Assembly: GCF_030028105.1 (NCBI RefSeq)
Contig: NC_092384.1
Coordinates: 17,243,629-17,307,628 of the forward strand
From: Mobula birostris
Taxonomy: Eukaryota
Length of the DNA: 64,000 bases
Direction of reading: 5' to 3'
The translations under genes were made by a program, and so were the position numbers. This document shows, one piece after another, positions 12,475-24,469 of this stretch. The number at the start of each line of letters is the position of its first letter. Position 1 is the stretch's first letter. The notes under the pieces were generated by a model. The model saw only the letters and a program-made list of their open reading frames with translations, was not told the origin of the DNA and did no database searches.

Positions 12475-14100
12475 GAATGGCATGCAAAAGTTGGGGCACC
12501 CCTGGTCAAACATTCTATTACTGTGAATAGTTAAGGAAGTAGAAGTTGAACTGATCTCCAAACGTCATAAAGTTAAAGATGAAACATTTTTTTCAACATT
12601 TAAGCAAGATTAGTGTATTATTTTTGTTTTGTACAATTTTAGAGTGAAAAAAAGGAAAGGAGCACCATGCAAATGTTTGGGCACCCCAAGAGATTTGAGC
12701 TCTCAAATAACTTTTACCAAAGTCTCAGACCTTATTTAGACGGTTAGGACAATGGCATGCTAACACTCCTCATTAGGAAAGGCCAGGTGATGCAAATTTT
12801 AAAGGTTTATAAATACCCTGACTCCGCAAACATTGTCTCAACAATCAGCAGCTCAGGGCTCCTCTAAGTAACTGCCTAGTACTCTGAAAATTAAAATAAA
12901 TGATGCGCACAAAGCAGGAGAAGGCTATAGGAAGATAGCAAAACATTTTCAGGCAGCTTTTTCCTCAGTAGGTATTGTATTTTGGAAATGGGAGTTAACA
13001 GGAGCGGTGAAGGAACAGGTCATTTGAGGTCTGGAAGAACAAGAAAACTTTTCGAGAGAACTGCTAGTAAGGATTGCTAGAAAGGCAAATCAAAACCCTC
13101 CTTTGACTGCAAAAGACCATCAGGAAAATTTAGCAGACTCTGGAGTGGTGATGAGCTGCCGTACTGTGCAACGACACCTACATAAATATGACCTTCATGC
13201 AAGAGTCATCAGAAGAAAACCTTTCCTGCGTCGTCAGCACAAGATTCAGCGTCAGAAGTTTGCAAAGGATCATCTAAACAAGCCTGATGCATTTTGCAGA
13301 CAGGTCCTGTGGACTGATGAAGTTAAAATAGAAATTTTTGTCCGCAATGAGCAAAGGTATCTTTGGAGAAAAATGGTGCAGAATTTCATGACAAGAACAC
13401 CTCTCCAACTGTTAAACACGGGCGTGGATCGATCATACTTTGGGCTTATGTTGCAGCCAGTGGCACGGGAAACATTTCATTGTTAGAGGGAAGAATGAAT
13501 TCAATTAAATACCAGCAAATTCTGGAATCAAACATCAAACCGTCTGTAAAAAAGCTGAAGCTGAAAAGGGGATGGCTTCTAGAACAGGATAATGATCCTA
13601 AACACACCTCAAAATCCACAATGGACGACCTCAAGAGGCGCAAGCTCCAAGTTTTGCCATGGTCCTCAGAGTCTCCCGATTTAAATATCGTCGACAATCT
13701 GTGGATAGACCTCAAAAGAGCAGTCCATACAAGACGGCCCAAGAATCTCACAGAACTAGAAGCCTTTTGCAAGAAGAAATGGGAGAAAATCCACCAAACA
13801 AGAATTGAAAGGCACTTTATTGCAGGCTACAGAAAGCGTTTAGAAGCTGTGATACTTTTCAAAGGGGGTGTTAGTAAGTACAGACCATGTAGGGCGCCCA
13901 AACTTTTGCTTCGGGACCTTATCCTTTTTTTGTTATTTTGAAAGTGTAAAATATGGAAATAAAGATTTCTTGCTTAAAATATTAAAGAAATGTGTCATCT
14001 TTAACTTTATGCCTTTTGGAAATCAGATCAGCTTTTACTCGCTTAGCTATTCACAGTAACAGAAATTTTGACCAGGGGTGACCAAATATTTGCATATGTG
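12475..14100 (+). mobile_element. Tc1/mariner transposon (IR/DR type), frameshifted transposase
   Basis: TA at 12473-12474; roughly 200-bp inverted repeats with internal GCACCCC direct repeats; WTDE, KHGRGSIILW, QDNDPKH and SPDLNIVDNLW motifs (catalytic E mutated to D) in ORFs 13103-13941. Confidence 0.92.
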
Positions 14101-14109
14101 CAGTTTTTG

Positions 14110-14565
14110 GCTGCTTATTTAATACTGACATTGGAGATGGTTCAGAGAAGATTCACGAGAATGATTCCAGGAATAAAAGGGTTACCGTATGAGGAACGTC
14201 ATACAGCCCTTGGGCGGTGTTCTGTGGAGTTCGGAAGAATGAGGGTTGATCTCATAGAACCATTCAGAATGTTAAAAGGCCTGAACAGATTAGATATGGC
14301 AAAGTTATTTTCCGTGGTAGGGGAGTCTGGGACAACAGGGCACGACTTCACGATGAAAGGACGTCAATTTAGAACAGAGATAAGGAAAAATTACTTTAGT
14401 CAGAGCGCAGAGATAGATAGGTTCTTGATTTGCCAGGGCAACAAAAGGGTCTCGAGAGAAAGCACGGTAGTGGGACTGACTGGAAGAATGGATCAGCTCA
14501 TGACTGAATGGCGGAGAAAACTCGATCGACCAATGGCCTACTTCTCCTCCTATATCTTATGGTCT
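14110..14565 (+). mobile_element. CR1 3' fragment
   Basis: VQRRFTRMIPG motif; TCTTATGGTCT tail. Confidence 0.8.
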
Positions 14566-15773
14566 GACGCAAAAGATATCGTTCGGTAAAATTGGAACAA
14601 AATGCGTTAAAATGGGTAAAGTGATTAATGAAACACGCAAACAGCAGGAATTCTGCAGATGCTGGAAATTCAAGCAACACACATCAAAGTTGCTGGTGAA
14701 CGCAGCAGGCCAGGCAGCATCTCTAGGAAGAGGTACAGTCGATGTCTCAGGCCGAGACCCCTCGTCAGGACGAAATGAAGGAAGAGTTAGTAAGTTAGTA
14801 AGAGTTGGTAATGAAACACGTTATGTTATCAAGTGAACGCAGGTGGGAAAAAAAAACTAATAACACCGAAGAGCTAGAAACCTGAAATAAAACACATCGA
14901 ACATACAAAGTCTGAGTAGATCAGCAATCATCCGTGTGAAGAGAAATAGTTAACGTTTACGTTGCGTTCTGGGGAGGGTTCTTCGATGTGAAATGTCAAC
15001 TGTTTCTCTCCCAAAGATGTCGCCAGTGCCTTTCGGTTATTGTCTGGGTTGAATCCAAATGGAGATGACAATCCTTTTACCTGTTTAAGGTATGTCTTTC
15101 CAAATTGAGGATGATATTCATTCAGCATAGCATCATGGAGTAGAAGGTGCCTTGTGGAGTTTCGTTTAACATGTGGTTATCATTGATCATCAGATGCTAC
15201 AAATGTTTTTTTGCAAGTATACTCGATTCCATTGCAGGTTATGCGCCGCTGCGTGGATCTTTTTTGCGAATCGGGGTTAAAACTGTCTATAATATTGCAA
15301 AGACCATTTCAACAAAACAAGAGTTCGTTACATTTTTACCTTGCGTACTGTCCGTCAGTTCAAATGTAACATACATTACGAATTGATTTGTACGCGTACT
15401 GTACTTTCCCATTGACCAGTACTCTGAGACTGTCGTAAACTGACAATTAGTAGTTCGTCACTGTCTCAGATTTTTTATTTAATTATTCGCCATGCGAAAA
15501 ATGATGAACAACTTAACTTCCATTAGAAAATGTTACCGTTCACCTTCCAGTGCAACCGGTTATGAACTGGTGTGGAACTGTGAAAGGATACAGGAAGCAG
15601 ATTCATCGGAACATTCAAATAAATCTTACAGATATACTTGAAAATAAAGATTTGACAGGGAAAATGAATCTTCTTTTTCCCCTACTACGTTCCAAAGTGT
15701 TATGGAATAAAATTGATTCATAATATCTTTGCTATGCGAATATTCCGCTCTGAAACAAGACGAGTCACTTCAC

Positions 15774-15820
15774 TTTTGGGTGTTCATTTTGGCATCCGTC
15801 TACCGAACATGTGTTCGCCC
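15774..15820 (-). pseudogene. Paralogue A cytoplasmic exon (GANTCSVDGCQNEHPK)
   Basis: 31/44 nt identical to exon 6; the original GT donor is lost, with an in-frame GT 3 nt further on (AAA|gtgaag); weak GAG acceptor. Confidence 0.7.
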
Positions 15821-16468
15821 CTCCAGAGAGTAAATTTAAAAGATATCAATTCCATTGTTTGAACATTATTTGAAAAAAATGAACATTATTCGTTTGATAT
15901 CAATCGAATTAATCGTGTAAGTGGAACTGTCAAAGATAAGGATCTTTCAGAAATTATTTGGTGGACACAGTCGTGATAATGTACTGTGTTGTGCAGTAAC
16001 CTGGTGCTATGCTCGAAAGGCTTTGACTTTCAACGAAGCTTTAAAGTGATAATAGCATATGAGTGGCCGTACTGCATTTAAATATGGTAACTAAAATGGA
16101 AATCAAAACCAGTGAGACGTGCATAAGTTCGTCAATGTTCTTCATACTATCCGAGGGAGAATAGATCTACGCCAAGTCGTTTATGTATCAAGATATGGAT
16201 CTGTCATCGTTTTAAAATATAACTCCAAAGGGATATAAAAGCATTAGTGAGTGCGATATGAAATACTTCGAGTGCACTGGTGAAATAGTTGAATTTTAAG
16301 ATCCAAATTGTATTATGCCAGAATATTATCTCTCAAATCAGACTTCTAAAATCGCGATCCATGTCCAATCATTCTGTAAATGTTATTTGCTGTTTTGAAG
16401 TCAAATATCATTAACGCTTTTATTTTGGACGAATAGAGATGATGTCTCTCAGCGATCAGTGTCCTTAC

Positions 16469-16567
16469 CGTACGATCTCTTTAACTCGGGTTTCAGCAAA
16501 ACTATTATCCGAACTAAAATTGCCGATCTGCCCACTGCACGCGCAAGAATCAATCTCGTATCAGCAC
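16469..16567 (-). pseudogene. Paralogue A transmembrane exon (GADTRLILARAVGRSAILVRIIVLLKPELKRSY)
   Basis: 83/99 nt identical to exon 5 by manual count; same donor context (G|gtaagg). The original acceptor is deleted, leaving an in-frame but weak ttttcgag|. No leader, V or C1 exon found upstream. Confidence 0.8.
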
Positions 16568-16934
16568 CTCGAAAAAGAAACCGTGAAGCGTTTATACTGT
16601 ACATCTAAAAGCAAATAAAGACATGAGAATCAACAATGCAAACTATTATATAGGCTCCTTTCAAATCTGAGTACAGAATGATTGGAAAATGACAAAATAT
16701 ACAGTATAGAACAAAGAAGCGTGTCTGGTATGTGCCTGGTTTCTCCAGACACATACGAGCTGCGTTTTGTCACTAACAATATGCTCGGGTGCATCTTTCT
16801 ATACTTCTCTTGACAATAAGTATTAACACATCTATTGGACGTGTAATCATCAAACTTTAGACGATTTTGAATTCGATTCAAACTATTAAGTAACGTCAGT
16901 CAATTTCCAGCATCTGCTGATTTCCTCGTGTTTG

Positions 16935-17400
16935 CGTTTTTAAAAGTATTGTCGACTCGCATTTGGATTCAAACCAGAACATAATCTGTTGTCACTGACG
17001 GATTTTGGAAATAGAACCAGTTGACATTCCAGATTGAAGACCCCTCCGCAGAATGCAACGTAAACGTTAACTATTTCTCTTTAACTGGTGGTTCCTGATC
17101 TACTAAAAATTTGCGTGTTCTATTTCCCTGTTTTATTTCATGTTTCCTGCACTTCAGTGTTATTGTTTTTTTTTTTCCTACCTGGATTCAATCTCCTGAT
17201 AACATTTGTCTTCTTGTGTTTCAATTAATCACTTTCCCCAGTTTAACGCATTTAGTTTTAATTTTGCCTAACGAATTTAGGTGCAAAAGAAGCGACTGCA
17301 GCAACTAAGCTAAGGTAGTCATACATACATCACTGATTTCATTATAGTAGAATTCCGCTGAAACTTCCACCAATGCTCATAACACCTCCGGATAGGGCAT
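16935..17400 (+). pseudogene. Paralogue C: inverted fragment of IgSF intron 6
   Basis: Reverse complement aligns to 14570-15080 (copy A) and about 51170-51640 (intact gene), including non-repeat flanks. It extends into sequence that copy A has lost. Confidence 0.75.
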
Positions 17401-17409
17401 GGCAAGAGT

Positions 17410-18958
17410 AGAAGTTACAGGCTTTGGCTCATTGAGACTTCGGCGAAAGCGGGCTTCGGCGAGGTCAGTGGGTAGGTGAATTTCGTTTTGTGTTTTCTTT
17501 GCAGTTTTCTAAAATAGAAAGCCTGTTGGTCGGGTTAGTTTTTTGCTCTGGGAGTCAGATGTGGGAATCCCGGGAATTTTCCAGTCTCCCGAAAGGCCAC
17601 ATCTACGCCAGGTGCACTGACCTGCAGCTCCTGACAGACTGTGTTAGGGATCTTAAGCTGCGGCTCTATGACCTACAGCTTATTAGGGAGAATAAAGAAA
17701 AAATAGAGAGGAGCTACAGGGAGTTAGTCACCCCGAGGCTGCAAGAGTTAGATAAGTGGCTGACGGTCAGAGAAGCGAAGGGAAGAGTCAGATAGTAGAG
17801 AGCACTCCTGTGGCCATTTCCCTCAGCAATCGTTATCTCGTTTTGGAAGTGGTTGAGGGGGATGACTTGACAGAGTACGACCACGGCGATCGGTTCTGTG
17901 GCACTGTGCCCGGTTCCGTGGTGCACAATGGAAAGAGGAAAATGAGGAATGCATTTAATCAAAGGTGATTCCATAGCGAGCGAAACAGACAGGAGGTTCC
18001 GTCAGCCTGATAGAGGTGCCTGCATGCTGCGTTGTCTCCCAGGTGCCAGTGCACAGGGTGTCTCGTATCGGGTATAGAGTATTCTGAAAGGAGAGGGTGA
18101 ACAGCCAGAAATCCTGGTACACGTTGGTACGAATGACAAATGTAGAAAAAGAGAGGAGGTCCTGAAGTGAAAATCAGGGAGTTTGGTAGGAAGTTGAAAA
18201 GCAGTACCTCTAGGATACAAATCTCAGTATTGCTGCCTGTGCCACCTGCAAGCGAGTGCAGGAATAGCATGATCAGGCGTATTAATGTGTGGCTGAAAGA
18301 CTGATGTAGAGGGCAGGGCTTCATATTCCTGGATCATTGGGGCCTCTTCTGTGGAAGGTACAACCTGTACAAAAAGGGCGGATTACTCCTGAACCAAATT
18401 GGGTCAAATATCCCAGCGGGCACGTTTAATAGAGCTGTCAGGGGCGTTTAAACTAATTTAACAAGGGGTTGGGAACCGGAGTGACATGGTCAAGGAAGGG
18501 GAGAACAGAAATAAATCAAATATAGACTGCAACAGAGATTATAGAAAGAATAGGCAGGAGATTGATATTGAAACCTATAGAATCCTGAAGGGATTAGACA
18601 GGCTAGTTGCAGGAAGATTGTTCCCAATGTTGGGGAAGTCCAGAACGAGGGGTCACAGTTTGAAGATAAAGGGGAAGCCCTTTAGGACCGAGATTAGGAA
18701 AAACTTCTTCACACAGAGAGTGGTGAATCTGTGGAATTCTCTGCCACAGGAAACAGTTGAGGCCATTTCATTGGCTATATTTAAGAGGGAGTTAGATATG
18801 TTTTTTTTTTTGGCTAAAGGGATCAGGGGGTATGGGGGGAAGGCTGGTACAGGGTTCTGAGTTAGATGATCAGCCATGATCCTATTGAATGGTGGTGCAG
18901 TCTCGAAGGGCCGAATGGCCTACTCCTGCACCTATGTTCTATGTTTCTGTTTCTATGC
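17410..18958 (+). mobile_element. CR1 with ORF1 remnants joined near 18560 directly to the 3' end
   Basis: CTDLQLLTDCV zinc finger/coiled-coil region and CLPGA/HVGTND esterase; jumps to IETYRILKGLD and a TTCTATG tail. Confidence 0.75.
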
Positions 18959-20946
18959 GATAAGGCTTAATCACAGCCACTGCACGATTTACAATTTCTT
19001 CAGCCAACAGGGAGGTTACTATCCTAATGGGATTTCTGAGAGGGTGTAATAAAATATCCTACCAAGTTTTTCCACCCGAATTCCCTCCATTTCAATGAAC
19101 TGGTACACTTCCATTGATACGTCCATATTATTCTGCATTCTTCTTCAGATATCATTATCTCTCCTTTCTTCTCACGTTTTGTTTTAATGTATGAAGTCGA
19201 ATGTGTTTTAAGATTTGACTAACCTTTATACACGCTTGAAGTTTTTCTACTACCGTTGTCTGAATTATATGCTTTTCTAAATATCTCTGTCAAATGTCTA
19301 CATGTCTTGGTTACATTCTTAAACGTCCTCGTAACATACTGTCGCATCTGTAAATATCGATAAAAGTCTTGTTTTTCTAATCAGTGTTTCTCTTTGAACA
19401 TTTCAAAACGGAACAGTGTTCCTTCTGTCATTATATTGCGAACAGCTATTATTCCTTTAGCTGTCCAGACCTTAAATCTAGCATCCAGTTTGTTCAGCGA
19501 AAAATCCGAGTCATGTGCACACCATTTAAGAATTGCATTATCTCTCTCTAGATTACTTTCTTTTACAATAGTTTGCCATATTTTAAGAGTCCTTTTCATT
19601 CATGGGTTATCAATAATATTTATGTAACTTTGTAGGCTGTTATCAGCCAAAATTGCCTGTATGCGGATGGAAAGTATCCTATCCTCAATGTGTTTCCGTT
19701 GAGCGTCACATGATGGATGCTGCAGCATATCGCACCTCTTAACTGTGCTGAAAAATAGCATTCTCTAACCCCCGTTTTCGTTGGCTAACTGCAATGTTTT
19801 GAGACGAATTCTAGGCCTTGTACTTTGTCATATATATCTTGATAGTATCTTGTTTCATTCATTGAATTGATTTTGGTGAATTTCTATTGGTAGGGTTTGA
19901 AAGGGATTTGGTAGTCTGGACAGTAGATTCATTTTAATAGATTCAATCCTTAAACTGAGACCAAAAAAAAGGTATTAGGTTCCATCTTATTATAGCTTCC
20001 TTATTTTTTTATATGTAGGCTGATAATTGCATTCTGATAATTTTGCCAAATCTTTTGGCATAATAATGCCCTAATATTTGACAGACACTGTTTGCCATGC
20101 CCATGTACATCTTCTTTCAATTTCTCTTGGTGGGCTATAGTTATATGAAAGTAGTTGGGTTTTATATATGTTGATCTTGTATCCTGATAATTGGCCATAT
20201 TGTTCAAAGGATTGCATCAATTTAGGTAAAGGGTATGTTGGTTGCCCTAGCTAGATCGAAATGTCATCCGCGTAACAGGCCAATATATGGTCTGTCCATT
20301 TAATAGTAATTTCCCTGATATCATTTTGTCTGATGTGTTGAGCTAATGGTTACAGATATAATGCGAAGAGTAGCGGTGACCATGCACAACCCTGTCTCCT
20401 GCCCCTTTCAAGGGTAAAACTATTAGATAAATATCCATTGATTTTATTCCTAGCAGTAGGAATGTCATATAGTGCCTGTATAGTTTTAATAATTGTGTCA
20501 TGAAGACCAAATCTATGTAAAACTCTGCAAAGAAAATTCCAAATAACCAAATCAAATGCCTTTTCAGCCTCCACGCTTATTACTATTGCTTCAATTTCAT
20601 TTTTTGTATGATCCATAATGTGAAGTGTCCTTCGTATATTGTCTTCTATTTGGCGTTGGAAAAACCTGTCTGATAAAACCTGTCTGATCATTATACATCA
20701 GTGTGGGTAGAAACTCTTCTAATCGTTTGGCAATAATGGAGGTAAGTAATCTATAATCCACATTGAGAAGAGATATTTGTCTAAATGACCCACATTCCAT
20801 TTTATCCTTGCCTTGCTTCGGTATAGCTAATATTATAGCCTCTTTCCAGCTGGGTGGCATTTTCGCCTTTCTTAGAGCCCAGTTCAGTGTGGGGAGCAAA
20901 AACAGGAATTAACTCATTTCTAAATTCCTTATACCACTCTGCCGTG

Positions 20947-20973
20947 TATATATATATATATATATATATATAT
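20947..20973. repeat. (TA)n microsatellite
   Basis: About 13 TA units at a discontinuity in L1 ORF2. Confidence 0.95.
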
Positions 20974-21044
20974 GATCGTAGTGACTTGCTTAATTCAAGC
21001 TTCCGGAACGTGTCAAAGGTGTCAATATGGGCTATGCTTCCCCC

Positions 21045-21555
21045 TGGAGCTTCTGTGGAGGAGGTGCAGCGTTGGTTCACTAGGTTAATTCCTGGGATGT
21101 CCGGACTGTTTTACGCAGAGAGGTTAGAGAGACTGGGCTTGTACACGCTGGAATTAAGGAGATTGAGGGGAGATCTGATTGAGACATATAAGATTATTAA
21201 GGGATTGGACAAGATAGAGGCAGGAAATATGTTCCAGATGCTGGGAGAGTCCAGTACCAGAGGGCATGGTTTAAGAATAACGGATAGGTCATTTAGGGCA
21301 GAGTTGAGGAGGAACTTCTTCTCCCAGAGAGTTGTGGAGGTGTGGAACGTGCTGCCTCAGAAGGCAGAGGAGGCCTATTCTCTGGATGCTTTCAAGAAGG
21401 AGCTAGATATGTATCTTATGTATAGGGAAATCAAGGCTTATGGGGACAAGGCAGGAACCGGGTATTGATAGTAGATGATTAGCCATGATCTCAGAATGGC
21501 GGTGCAGGCTCGAAGGGCCGAATGGTCTACTTCTGCACCTATTGTCTATTGTCTA
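21045..21555 (+). mobile_element. CR1 3' fragment nested in the L1
   Basis: VQRWFTRLIPG...DLIETYKIIKG; (ATTGTCT)n tail. Confidence 0.85.
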
Positions 21556-24469
21556 TTTTCTATTGTATTTCACTTAGCTTATCTTTTATCACTTTTGTTC
21601 TTGAATCCCCAATTCTATGAAAGTTTTTTTTCTCTGCTATCTCTTTTTCAGTTTCCACGCCAGTATTTTTAAAGATTTAAGTCAACTTTCCCTGTTTCAG
21701 AAACATAATTTTTGTTTCCAATTTCTTGTGTAGCCAAACTATTAATTTCATTCCTATTTTTTGTAATTTCCTATACTGTATCCTGTGCCAAATTCATTTT
21801 TTTCTTGTTCCTTCAGCTTATTTTGTATTTCCTCTAACGTTTTATTCCTTTTTTCTTGTATATGAAGATATCACTATAATTTTCCCTCTTAAGACAGCTT
21901 TCATAGTATCCCATAGAATGGTAGGTGAATCCTCTCCATTATCATTGAATTCTAAGTAAAGACAAATTTCTTTTTTAATTTGTTCCTTAAAATAGGAATC
22001 ATTGAGTAGACTTGAATTTTTTTTTCCAAATAGTGTTCTTTGGTTGTAGACAAAATCAACAGACAAATATATAGGTACATGTTCACTTACATCTATTGTC
22101 CCAATTCCACAGGTGTTTATCTTGTCTTTATCTTTTACAAATGTTATATATGCTTGTACATACGGAATGGGGTGCGGCAGAATAATGAGTGTAATCCCTT
22201 CTGTCGGGGAAAAGATCCTTCCATATATGAATCTGACCAACATCCTCAAAAAGAGTGTTAAATTTCTTATGTAAGGACTTTGTTTCATCAGTTTTCTATT
22301 GGAGGAGACTAACTTTGGTTGTAATATTAAATTTAAGTTTCCCCACATATCGGGAGACTTTCTGTTTCCTTTACCAGAATATTAGTAATTTTCTGTAACA
22401 AATTAACATCACTTCCTGGGGGTGCGTACATATTGAATATAGTAACTGGATTTCCGTCTACATTCCCCCTTACTAGAATATATCTGCCCCCCTTATCTGC
22501 CATTTCGAGTACTTTTTTTTCCAAAATTTGTCTTCCTTGAGATGAGAGTAGCAACTCCGCTTCTATGTCCTGATTAATATGAGGAGAAAACCAAATTAGT
22601 GAAGCCCATTCTCTTTAATTATCCATATTCATTATCACTTAAGTGAGTCTCCTGTGAATATACTACATGGATTTGTACTTTTTTTCATTTTTGATATAAT
22701 TTTACTTCGATTGATTGGATTTAACAGTCCATTGACATTAAACGAAATGAATTTTACTTTGTCCTTAGCCATGTGTATTTACCTGTTAGTATATCATTGA
22801 AATTTGCAGAAAATAACTTAATCGATCCACTCCCTCAACAAATAAGAACCAAGAAACGCGAATGATAATAAAAAAAATGCAACGAAGGTGTGATTCCAAA
22901 GCTGGGGTCTCCAGATGAACCGGGTTTGAGCTAGAAGAAACCTATAGCAGTGGGGGATAAGCCCTCCTACCTGTGAGTTCAGGGCCCCCGCTTCGGTACC
23001 TATAAAAGGAAGTAAAACATCTACGTCCATTACATAGAAATGATTTACCTGTGTAGTCCTCCTATATATATTCTCATTTAGGTGGGGAAAAAGGACCGAA
23101 TGAATGAATAAAAAAAATCAGTAATATCAAATCCACATTATATTACGGATTTGTTGAGGTAGGTGTATCACCGTCTATTTTTTGCTTCCGTTCAGTTTAT
23201 CAGCACTTTTAAAGTTAGTCAAACCTTATGGCTCTTCTGGAAGAGGTGAGGGCTGTCTTCGGATAACTCACAGTCTCTTTCTAATATCCTTCTCTCGTCC
23301 TCCTCCTGTCCCCTGCTTTCTCGGTTCTCTTACTATTTCCCAAGCGGATCGGGATAACTGCTCAGCCAGACTTCCCCTTGGTTTGACCTCGATGATGGGC
23401 AGTCCTCCATTGCTCATGTCTGTAGTTGCCTCTTCCACTGTGTGACAAAGCTGTCTCTCTACATCGTAAAATACACTCAGTTTAGCAGGGAACGAAGTTT
23501 GGAATTTAATCCTTTTTTTTCTTTAATATTCGTTTCGCTTCGAAATATTCCTTCCGTTTCTGTAGGACCGCCGGGGGTAATAACGATCGTTCCAAAACAC
23601 CTTCTTCTTACCCCAGGCCCCTCGTAGAATCTTGAAGCGAAGTTTACTTTCTCTGTCTCCGGGAGGCCTCGGGACGAGCGCTCGATGCGCCCTCTCAATT
23701 TCAATCTCCATAGTCGAGGGAATCAGCAGCGCTTCTCGCAGCAACTTTTCTACAAACTCCCTGATCGACAATCGCTCCGCTCCTTCGGGAACATTATAAA
23801 CCCTGATATTTTTTTCCGTCGCGATCTTTTCCTTCCTGGTCAAGCAATTTACTTTCCTGTTGATTTAATATTTTTATCGCCTTATCCGTTTTATCTGTTT
23901 TTATCCGTTCCAGGATTTGCACGTGATCTTCCACCCTCTCAGTTCGAGTCTCTGCCACCGCTATTTTCTGATTGACGTTGGCGAGCTCTGACTTGATATC
24001 ATTGAGTTGCTGTTTTGTTGCTTTCTGGACTTCCCTTGTCTCTTCCAAAATCCTTATCATATTTGCCGCTTCGCCTGAACGAGGCCCAGCGTCAGCTTCG
24101 CCACCACGCCCACGTGTAGGAGAGCCGCGCGTTGCACCGCTCTCTTCCATAGGCCCCGCAGAGATGCTTTTTTATCTCCATTCTTTTTCCCCATTCTTGC
24201 CCCCCTTATCAATTCAGATATTTTCGGAAGATCTTATACTTGATGGATTAACAGGGCAAAATATGTGTTTTTCCGGAGGAGCTGTCGATTTAACCTGCCA
24301 TTCTGGACGATGACGTTACCGGAACCCCTCAAATGTATTTTCCAACTCGTTTTATTCTCGAACACTTTAAAGTAATCAAATGACAATCCAGTTCTCAGTC
24401 ACATGAAGCGGATATTATTTCATCTAATCTATGAATTCTGGTATGATTTGCACCATTTAGAAAATTACA

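Larger units (their letters stand above)
7885..16690 (-). other. Segmental duplicate A: 3' part of the IgSF gene plus 3' flank, paralogous to about 32065-53190
   Basis: Collinear alignable blocks: 7885-8303~32065-32655, 8300-10230~44983-46995, 14570-16690~51285-53190. Penelope, CR1 and SINE insertions are shared at orthologous positions. Confidence 0.9.
18960..24330 (-). mobile_element. L1-clade LINE, 5' intact and 3' truncated, degenerate ORF1 and ORF2
   Basis: ORF1 coiled coil plus KNIRVYNVPEGAE; endonuclease GRYILVRG...NMYAP; RT SWKEAIILAIPK...FRQISLLNVD, EAEKAFD and GRRQGCAWSPLLF; many stops and frameshifts. Confidence 0.9.
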
